Under the pieces are notes generated by a model. It was not told the DNA's origin. It was given only the letters and a program-made list of their open reading frames with translations, and ran no database searches. From Bacillota bacterium (GTDB taxonomy: Bacteria; Bacillota; Dethiobacteria; DTU022), in contig JAAZLS010000021.1 of NCBI GenBank assembly GCA_012799185.1, positions 14,242 through 78,241 of the forward strand: a stretch of 64,000 bases of DNA, in the 5' to 3' direction. Shown here in pieces: positions 40,574 to 47,766 of this stretch. The position numbers and the translations under genes are program-made. Each line of letters begins with the position of its first letter. Positions within the stretch are counted from its first letter, which is position 1.

Positions 40574-41380
40574 TCAGGTCAAGGGGATATCGCCTAGGTT
40601 TACATCCTTCTCCGTATCGATATTCTCAAATACCTTTTTCTTGCCATCGCTCTCTATTGTCAGGTTATAGGTGCCGGTCTCCTCTAGATCCTTGAACCAA
40701 AAATCACCGAACTCGTCGGTGGTGGCGGTAGCGGTTTTGCCGTTACCGGCCAGTGTACAGGTCGCCCCGATGATAACCTCTTTTTCCACCGGGTCGTAGA
40801 CTGTACCGGCAACAAAGCGCTTCATCCTGTTAAGGTAGTAAACCCTCGGCTTGTAGCCGCCTTCGGGGTGAACCACCTCCGCCCGGGCGATTTCGTCAGC
40901 AAACTCCGACTCCTCTCCAAATTTAATTGCCTCGGTAGGGCAGGCGTCAACACAGCGCGGTACCTCCCAACCGTCATCAAGCAAATGGGCACACCCGGTG
41001 CATTTCTGGGCGATATACAGGTTTTCATTGAAATAAATCGCCCGGTAGGGACAACGATCTACACACTCCCGGCAACCGGTACATTTTTCTGGGTCTATAA
41101 TGACTAGGCCGTCATCACGGCGATAGATGGCCCCCTCAATCGGACAGTACTCAATACAGGGTGCATTCTCACAGTGCATGCAGAGATAGGGCCGGTAATC
41201 TACCTTTACCTTGGGAACAGTGCCCCGGACCTCTTCCTGCATCTTGAGCCAGAACTGGCCGGTATCCGGCTGCGGCTTGGCATAAGGGGTCCAGTCGTTG
41301 CCTACATGCTCATCCTTGCAAACAAACTGGCAGGCATAACATCCATTGCATCGGGCCAGATCGATAACAAAAACTTTCAT
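40574..41380 (-). CDS. Fe-S (3x[4Fe-4S]) beta subunit of a DMSO-reductase-family molybdoenzyme, transhydroxylase (BthL)-like, with a C-terminal transthyretin/CarboxypepD_reg-like domain
   Basis: Cys clusters CNGCYACQFVC, CMHCENAPC and CTGCRECVDRC, and a C-terminal beta-sandwich tail (GATCTLAGNG...GDFWFKDL...YNLTIESDGK). Confidence 0.8.
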   Translation of the reverse strand: MKVFVIDLARCNGCYACQFVCKDEHVGNDWTPYAKPQPDTGQFWLKMQEEVRGTVPKVKVDYRPYLCMHCENAPCIEYCPIEGAIYRRDDGLVIIDPEKCTGCRECVDRCPYRAIYFNENLYIAQKCTGCAHLLDDGWEVPRCVDACPTEAIKFGEESEFADEIARAEVVHPEGGYKPRVYYLNRMKRFVAGTVYDPVEKEVIIGATCTLAGNGKTATATTDEFGDFWFKDLEETGTYNLTIESDGKKKVFENIDTEKDVNLGDIPLT

Positions 41381-44029
41381 CTATTCGTTCCCTCCTTCTA
41401 CCCAGCCGTTAAAGTGCAACCCGGCATCAGGACAGTATTTCCGCTCGAAGGCTGCGGGGTTCTCTTCACGCCAGCGAGCCCATTCCTTCGGCTCGATCTT
41501 CTGCACATCGACCAGGTAGCCGCTGGTAGCCTGGCCGGCTGCATTCTTGGAAGATACCCCCAGGGGGCTAATAGTATTGATCGCTCCACCGCGGCAAACA
41601 TCCTTGGCAATGGGGTCGTAACGGGCCCCGTGATCCACGTAGGCCACGCCGGGCATAACTCTTTCCCAGACCCGGGCCCCACAGAGGACAATCCCTCTCT
41701 CGTTTACTATCTTGACAATCTCCCCATCCTTGATCCCCCGTTTTTCCGCCTCCTGCGGATTAATCCAAACCGGCTCATATTTATAGCCATCGGGGCCGGT
41801 TACCTTACAGGTTGGCGTCTCCCGGGTCCAGGAGATATCATCAGCCTGAGAGTGTACGCGCCAGCGGCCGTGGTTGGACATTAACAAGAGTGGGAACATG
41901 GCCGCCCGATCGCTGGATAACCGCTCATCGTGGGTAATCCCTTTTTCAACCCACTTGGGAATAGGCGGCCTCTCGTGATCGTCGGGGAAATGTTTGGCCA
42001 ACCGCTCGGAGTAAATTTCCAGTTTCCCGGTCGGGGTAGGCAGGGGATTGTTTTCCGGATCCTCATAAAATTTACGTAGGCCCGGTGTATCCTCTTCCCA
42101 ATCCTCGGCGGTAGGAAATGCATAGTACTGCTTCTCCTTGAAATCTTCCCACGAAATAAAATTACCCAGGGCCATGCTATCGAAAACCTCTTTTTGTAGG
42201 TCCTCGATGCTTTTCTCTTCGCTAAATTCTTTTTCCTTACCAAGCTTTTTAGCTACCTCCAGAACCGCCTCGTAATCACTCTTCGACTCCCCCACCGGCT
42301 TAATAGCCTGATTCAGTAGGGTTACACTTTGGAAATGAACACCCTGCCGGGTATTGGTAACGATATCGTCTACCTCCATGTTGGTATTAACCGGTAAAAT
42401 TATATCGGCCAGCAGGCAATCGTTTTCCAACCATGGATGCTGAGCTACCACACATTCAATCGAAGGATGACGAAAAGCCTCCACCGTCTTATTACCATAA
42501 TTCCAACAGGTAATACGGCAAGGGGTATCGGTCCAAATCATATGGATCTCAGTACCGCCCTTTTCCTTCTCAATCGGATAGGTGTATTTGACAAACTGAT
42601 CCTCTGGCGGCGACTCGATTCCGCCGTCACCCCAGAAGACGATGGGCGGATTAAGTATAGCGTCTTGGATCAAGGTTTTCGGTATCAACTGTTTACCCCA
42701 GCCAAAAATAGTGGAGTCGCAAGGAACCCTTAACCTTTCACTCAACGCCGTGTTAAAGAAACGGGTATCTTGAACCCCTTTCGCTCGGGGCATCCCGATA
42801 TAGGAGATCTGCCACTGGTGCACCCCCGGGCCGCCCAGGCCCTGCATGGCCAGGAGGACACATTCCAGCCTTCCCGCTTCATGAGAGTAGGGACCCCTGA
42901 TGAAAGAACCGCCAAAGTAGTGGGCAATCGAGAAGGTTTTTTCTGCCAGGTACCGGGCAAAAGCCTTAATGGTCCAAGGCGGAACCCCACATTTTTCGGA
43001 AGCCCATTCCGGTGTCTTCGGAATATTATCTTCCTCCCCCATAACATAGGCGGCCAGCTTCTCAAGGCCCACCGTATGGGTCGCCACGTAATCCTTGTCG
43101 TAAAGTCCCTCTTTTAGCCAAATATAAATAATAGCTAGCTGGAGGGCCGCATCGGTGTTGGGCAGGACCGGGATCCATTTATCGGCATGAACCGCCGCTC
43201 CATAATTTACCTCGGGGCAGACATAAATCTGTTTAATACCCGCATCGCGCCAGAAATAGCAGATCCGAGAGGCATACTGACCGGTAAAACCCCAAACCGT
43301 GGTTTCCGGGTCACAGCCCCAGAAGAGGACTGCATCGCTATGCTCCGAAATATCCTTGAGCACATTATCTGCCGGTCGCATCATGCCCTGCGAGCCCTGG
43401 CCCCAAACATGTTTCGACCCCCAGTACCAGCCCTCCCAACTATCCGGGTTTCTCACCTGCTGGGTAAACCCGCCCATCATATCAAGAAGCCGGGCCTGGT
43501 GCCCATGGGGGGTGTGAATGGTTTTACATTCGCCATGGCCATCGCCCTGGGTAAGAATCGCCAGGGGGCCATACTTCTGATGAACCCTTTTTATTTCACT
43601 GGCAATTAAATCGGTAGCCTCATCCCAGGAGATCCGCACATACTTACTTTTACCCCTATTCTGGGGGTTACGCTCCCCCTCCGGATCCCAGTCCACCCGG
43701 CGAAGGGGGTATTTAATTCGGTTGGGCGAGTAGGTTCTTTTCTTGTAAGCCAGTGAAAATGGAGATGGTAATGCCTTAAAAAGCGGTTGTAAGGTCGCGC
43801 CGTTCCGCTCAATTTTCCAGGGGTTTAGCGCCTCCCGGTCATATTTCCAATCGTAATGGAACGGCCGAACTCGAAGAATTTTACCGTCTTTTACATCAAC
43901 TGCACATTCGCCTCCACCGCCCAGCAGGCCCCCTAATGCAAGGGACCTGATGACTGTTTTATCGCCGGCGGTATCTGGCCTGGCGGCAGTAGGCTTGTTG
44001 CCGCCCCGGTTTTTTTCCTCCAACATCAT
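41381..44029 (-). CDS. molybdopterin (bis-MGD) oxidoreductase alpha subunit, pyrogallol-phloroglucinol transhydroxylase (AthL)-like. It has no N-terminal Fe-S Cys motif and no Tat signal.
   Basis: 882-aa product with DMSO-reductase-family domain order. Translationally coupled to the beta subunit (stop/start overlap at 41380/41381). Confidence 0.8.
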   Translation of the reverse strand: MMLEEKNRGGNKPTAARPDTAGDKTVIRSLALGGLLGGGGECAVDVKDGKILRVRPFHYDWKYDREALNPWKIERNGATLQPLFKALPSPFSLAYKKRTYSPNRIKYPLRRVDWDPEGERNPQNRGKSKYVRISWDEATDLIASEIKRVHQKYGPLAILTQGDGHGECKTIHTPHGHQARLLDMMGGFTQQVRNPDSWEGWYWGSKHVWGQGSQGMMRPADNVLKDISEHSDAVLFWGCDPETTVWGFTGQYASRICYFWRDAGIKQIYVCPEVNYGAAVHADKWIPVLPNTDAALQLAIIYIWLKEGLYDKDYVATHTVGLEKLAAYVMGEEDNIPKTPEWASEKCGVPPWTIKAFARYLAEKTFSIAHYFGGSFIRGPYSHEAGRLECVLLAMQGLGGPGVHQWQISYIGMPRAKGVQDTRFFNTALSERLRVPCDSTIFGWGKQLIPKTLIQDAILNPPIVFWGDGGIESPPEDQFVKYTYPIEKEKGGTEIHMIWTDTPCRITCWNYGNKTVEAFRHPSIECVVAQHPWLENDCLLADIILPVNTNMEVDDIVTNTRQGVHFQSVTLLNQAIKPVGESKSDYEAVLEVAKKLGKEKEFSEEKSIEDLQKEVFDSMALGNFISWEDFKEKQYYAFPTAEDWEEDTPGLRKFYEDPENNPLPTPTGKLEIYSERLAKHFPDDHERPPIPKWVEKGITHDERLSSDRAAMFPLLLMSNHGRWRVHSQADDISWTRETPTCKVTGPDGYKYEPVWINPQEAEKRGIKDGEIVKIVNERGIVLCGARVWERVMPGVAYVDHGARYDPIAKDVCRGGAINTISPLGVSSKNAAGQATSGYLVDVQKIEPKEWARWREENPAAFERKYCPDAGLHFNGWVEGGNE

Positions 44030-44098
44030 CCCTCACCTTCTACATATTTTTAAACTGTTCTATTTCCCATTGCCGCTCTACTTCCAATTCACATAATA

Positions 44099-44115
44099 AT
44101 GCAATTAACATGCCA
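44099..44115 (-). promoter_or_regulatory. sigma54 (-24/-12) promoter TGGCAT-gttaa-TTGCAT for the alpha1/beta1 operon
   Basis: Minus strand reads gaTGGCATgttaaTTGCATt, about 70 nt upstream of the 44029 start. Confidence 0.65.
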
Positions 44116-44332
44116 TCATTTCCCGGGGATAAAAGGTTGTCTGTTCAAGGCTAGGCCCCCCTTGAAATAATTTATCACCATCGATGGGGGCAACCATGTA
44201 AATATTAATTAACATTGTTCCACTTTGTTTAACTCAAGGTTTACCACCCGCGCCGGGTTCGATCATTTCACCGGAGAATAAACCCTACCGGGGACGCAGT
44301 GATTTTAATTATTTATGGTATAGTATTGAATA

Positions 44333-44998
44333 TTGGTAGTAAAAATACCTAACTCTAGCCGGGCGGTGATTAAAATGGATTTTATTGAAGTTTTAAAGGG
44401 AAGGCGTAGTATCAGGAGTTTTCTCCCCCAGGAAGTCCCGGAAGAAGATATCAGAGAGATTGTTGAACTGGCCACCCTGGCTCCCAGCGCAGGAAATAAA
44501 CAGGATTGGCAAACCATCGCCATCTTTAATCGGGAGATAAAACTCCAGATGAAAAAAGTAATCCAGGATAAACTGGCAACACTGGCGAAACAAGCGGGGG
44601 TTGAGAATCCTGAGGCGGTTAGCCGAAGGCGGATTAATATCTTATTTGCCGATGCCCCGGTAGCCCTGGTCATTTTGACTAAACCCTATCGCTCACTGCA
44701 GGATGAAATCCTGGTAAAATGCGGTTACACGGATCAGGAGGTCGAACGCCTGCGGATGCGACCGGAGCTGCAGACTATCGGCGGCTTCATTCAATCCCTT
44801 TTGCTAGCCGCCTACAGTTACGGCTACGGAACCTGCTGGATGGTCGCCCCCAATGTCGCCCGACCGGAGATGGAGCAGATCCTGGGCGTTAAGAAGCCCT
44901 GGTCAATCTCCGCCCTGGTAGCCCTGGGCCGTCCGGCAAAAGAACCGGGTCGCAAAATAGTGAAGCCGGTCTCCGAGGTTCTCAAAATAATAAATTAG
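44333..44998 (+). CDS. nitroreductase-family FMN oxidoreductase
   Basis: GRRSIRSF...PSAGNKQDW is the nitroreductase fold signature. Product is 221 aa. Confidence 0.8.
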   Translation: MVVKIPNSSRAVIKMDFIEVLKGRRSIRSFLPQEVPEEDIREIVELATLAPSAGNKQDWQTIAIFNREIKLQMKKVIQDKLATLAKQAGVENPEAVSRRRINILFADAPVALVILTKPYRSLQDEILVKCGYTDQEVERLRMRPELQTIGGFIQSLLLAAYSYGYGTCWMVAPNVARPEMEQILGVKKPWSISALVALGRPAKEPGRKIVKPVSEVLKIIN

Positions 44999-45026
44999 GG
45001 GTGCCCGGCGGCACCCCAGTTTTTTG
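44998..45026 (+). terminator. intrinsic terminator of the nitroreductase gene
   Basis: ggggtgcc cggc ggcacccc followed by agttttttg. Confidence 0.75.
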
Positions 45027-45061
45027 TTCGGAACTATTTACACCCTCCCCGGCGGCAACCC

Positions 45062-45859
45062 CTATTTTCCGGTTTCAAAGCGAAATTCCTGTTCTGGATC
45101 GATGAGCGCCAGAACGCGGACAATACAACCGTCCCCGCCTTCCCATCTCCAGGGGAAAGCCATGAAAAAGCATCGTTTTCCGGTAACCTTATCCAGGTCG
45201 CCCCCTACGTTTTCAATGCCGGGTATACCGCCTTTAACCATCAGGTTCTTGTGGGCATCTTCCCAAAGGGGGAAATCTACCTTTGGGTCACGGCCATATT
45301 CTTGCTTCCATTCCTCTATTAAATGGGGGTGAGTCGGGCCGAGGCCGTGATCTACCAGCTTGGTCGCCAGGGGGTGATCATTGGCCTGGCATCCATAACC
45401 CACTAATTTTATCTTTTTTTCGACCAACCAGTCAGCACCGGCACCATTAATACCACAACCATAGGCAAAATATTCATCGGTATCGGCCCATTTATGATGG
45501 AACCCGGTATTGATCATGACAATATCGCCTTCCTGAATTTTTGGCCGGGCATTTTCTAGATCTTCCGGGGTAATGATACCCCATTTTCCCTTGGGGATGG
45601 AGACAGCCACACCGGTCCCACATAACCGCCACAGGGGATAATCGCCAATACTGGGTGTATTTTCGGTTACGTGTAGCGGGGCATCCATATGGGTGGAGCG
45701 GTGCATGATCCCTTCCCAGTTTACCTCGTACAGGCCATCCTTGGCATGAAATTTCTTTACGGTAACATTGACACTGGGAGTAGAAGGCCATTCCGGCATA
45801 AATTGATGGTAGGGGTGACTTAGATTATATATTTGCAGGCTCATGTCTTCTCCTTTCAA
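45062..45859 (-). CDS. cyclase-family protein (PF04199, kynurenine-formamidase / isatin-hydrolase-like metal hydrolase)
   Basis: HRSTHMDAPLH matches the HxGTHxDxPxH signature. Product is 265 aa. Confidence 0.8.
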   Translation of the reverse strand: MKGEDMSLQIYNLSHPYHQFMPEWPSTPSVNVTVKKFHAKDGLYEVNWEGIMHRSTHMDAPLHVTENTPSIGDYPLWRLCGTGVAVSIPKGKWGIITPEDLENARPKIQEGDIVMINTGFHHKWADTDEYFAYGCGINGAGADWLVEKKIKLVGYGCQANDHPLATKLVDHGLGPTHPHLIEEWKQEYGRDPKVDFPLWEDAHKNLMVKGGIPGIENVGGDLDKVTGKRCFFMAFPWRWEGGDGCIVRVLALIDPEQEFRFETGK

Positions 45860-45868
45860 TCAAAATAT

Positions 45869-46672
45869 TTATTTACCCGGATCGATCCGGTAGCTACCGG
45901 CCGGATCGATAATCGCTACGAACCGTACCGGACAGGCGTCACCATTTCTAAATTTCCAGGGGGCGGCAACAAAGGTGGCTCTCTTCCCTAGTAAAAGATC
46001 GATATCCCCGCCTACCTGTTCAATCGTAGGGATACCGGCCTCGAGAAGGGTTTTATGGGCGATATTCCATTCGCCATGCTCTTTTTTAGGATCCAGGCCC
46101 GTAGCCTCCCGGTATTCGTCGGCCAACCTTTTCATGGTCGGCCCCCCCCGGTGGGGCCCCAGGGAGGTTGCCAGCGGATGATCAACCTGCTGGGTATCGA
46201 CCGCCACTAGCTTACACTTCCTTTCAACCAGCCACCGGGCCGCATCCCCGGTCAGACCGGGGGATTCGCCATAATACTCCAGTGAATCGGAGTACTTATG
46301 GTGCCACCCGGTAACGATAACTACAATATCTCCCGGCTGGACCGTTGCTTCATTTGCCTCCAAGTCCCCGGCAGTCACCGTTTCGTAGCTTCCCTTGGGA
46401 ATGCTAAGAACAATACCGTTACCAAAAAAACGATCCTCCGGGATTTCAGCTAGGTCCGCACCCTTTTGAACCAGGTGCAGGGGGGCATTCATATGAGTGC
46501 CCGTATGCATAGATGTATTTGTTTTCCAGGCTAAAACGCCATGTTGGGCATGTTTTACGGCCCTAAACATTTTCACATCATCCTGCCCAGGATAGGATGG
46601 TACACCATGACCCCAGGTATGACTGAGCTCCAAAAACTGTAAACCCGAATAGGGGTCGTTCACAAATGACAC
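45869..46672 (-). CDS. cyclase-family protein (PF04199), paralog of the preceding gene
   Basis: HTGTHMNAPLH motif, 267 aa, with an 8-nt gap to its paralog. Confidence 0.8.
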   Translation of the reverse strand: MSFVNDPYSGLQFLELSHTWGHGVPSYPGQDDVKMFRAVKHAQHGVLAWKTNTSMHTGTHMNAPLHLVQKGADLAEIPEDRFFGNGIVLSIPKGSYETVTAGDLEANEATVQPGDIVVIVTGWHHKYSDSLEYYGESPGLTGDAARWLVERKCKLVAVDTQQVDHPLATSLGPHRGGPTMKRLADEYREATGLDPKKEHGEWNIAHKTLLEAGIPTIEQVGGDIDLLLGKRATFVAAPWKFRNGDACPVRFVAIIDPAGSYRIDPGK

Positions 46673-46795
46673 CGTAATCCCTCCTTTTAATGAGATGGTT
46701 ATAGTCTTTTAACCTAAAAAATAATACCCCCTTATAAATGAGATAGCCTGGCCGCTAATCCGGCCACCGGGTTGCCTGCTTCGCACCAGTTATTT

Positions 46796-46812
46796 ATGCA
46801 ACATTTATGCCA
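46796..46812 (-). promoter_or_regulatory. sigma54 promoter TGGCAT-aaatg-TTGCAT for the tandem cyclase operon
   Basis: Minus strand reads gTGGCATaaatgTTGCATa, about 125 nt upstream of the 46672 start. Confidence 0.65.
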
Positions 46813-46844
46813 CCCGGGGGGCAACATCATTTAATAAGGGTAAA

Positions 46845-46870
46845 GGGCGGTACCATAACCGGTACCGCCC
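46845..46870 (-). terminator. hairpin (gggcggtacc ataacc ggtaccgccc), probable terminator of the alpha2/beta2 operon
   Basis: 10-bp perfect stem located 40 nt after the beta2 stop. The T-tract on the minus strand is weak (tttaccctta). Confidence 0.5.
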
Positions 46871-46911
46871 CATTGCAACCCCTTTTTAAAAACCGGTTGG
46901 CCACCCCGACT

Positions 46912-47766
46912 TTATACGGGGTCCAACATAACCTCACCCACGTTAATGCTCTTATGGGTAAATAGTTCCAGTTGGCGGGGCTGATATCCCTCATGCTCAA
47001 CAGTGAGAATATAACGGGTCTTCTTGCCAAGCCCCTCAAATTCAAAATCACCGTAGATATCGGAGCGGGTCTCCATGCTCACCCCGTTGCCGGCAAGGGA
47101 TACCTTTACCCCCGCGGCACATTCCCCCTGGTTATCTTTAAATACCACCTCGCCGGCAATAAAGTATCGCGGGATCCCCGCATACTTAATTAGAGGTTCG
47201 GTCCCAAACTCCGGATAGAGTACCTCGGATTTGGTTTCGGCCACCAGCCGGGAGACCTCACTGTCAGGATCATCCAGATCCCCAAACACCAGGGCGCCGG
47301 TAGGACAGGCCTCGACACATTTCGGCTCTTTTTCTCCCTGGTCCAACATATGGGCACAGAGGGTACACTTCTGAGGTAGCTGCTTCTCTTCGTTCCAGAA
47401 TATAACCCGGTAGGGGCAGCTGTTTACAATCTGCCTTTGACCCCGGGCCTTTACCGGATCGATAATCACAATCCCGTCCTCCCGCCGGTAAACTGCACCC
47501 TCCTTGGCCATCTCGATACAGGGTGCCTCCTGGCAGTGCATACAGGGCAGCGGGATATAATCAAGCTTGGGCTTGGGATACTCTCCCCGTTCTATTTGCT
47601 TGATCTGCATCCAGTAGTGGTCCTTTAAGGGATGACCCTCAGAATAGGGGGGATAATCATTATCATAAAATTCATCCCGGCAGGCTAAAAAGCAATTATA
47701 ACAGCCGGTGCACTTGTTAACATCGATAAAAATCGTATAACGCGCTATTTTAATCACTCCTCCCAC
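46912..47766 (-). CDS. Fe-S beta subunit, transhydroxylase small-subunit (BthL)-like, with C-terminal transthyretin-like domain (paralog 2)
   Basis: CTGCYNCFLAC, CMHCQEAPC and CTLCAHMLD ferredoxin clusters, plus a C-terminal GECAAGVKVSLAGNG...GDFEFEGL...YILTVEHEGY tail. Confidence 0.85.
   Translation of the reverse strand: MGGVIKIARYTIFIDVNKCTGCYNCFLACRDEFYDNDYPPYSEGHPLKDHYWMQIKQIERGEYPKPKLDYIPLPCMHCQEAPCIEMAKEGAVYRREDGIVIIDPVKARGQRQIVNSCPYRVIFWNEEKQLPQKCTLCAHMLDQGEKEPKCVEACPTGALVFGDLDDPDSEVSRLVAETKSEVLYPEFGTEPLIKYAGIPRYFIAGEVVFKDNQGECAAGVKVSLAGNGVSMETRSDIYGDFEFEGLGKKTRYILTVEHEGYQPRQLELFTHKSINVGEVMLDPV

Noticed and set aside
40423-40695. 90-aa plus-strand ORF
   Set aside because: It reads through the 33-bp tandem repeats and the GC terminator hairpin. 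The repetitive translation (KQKGTS x2) shows it is an artefact of the repeat.
44240-44270. tRNA-like T-arm sequence ccgggttcgatcat
   Set aside because: No acceptor-stem or anticodon-arm complementarity flanks it, and the GGTTCGA-like string lacks the following TCC. Not a tRNA.
44305-44673. 122-aa minus-strand ORF (and similar antisense ORFs such as 4921..5427, 5983..6420, 7279..7578, 13633..13872, 62876..63364)
   Set aside because: They lie antisense inside strongly supported genes and are typical high-GC shadow ORFs.
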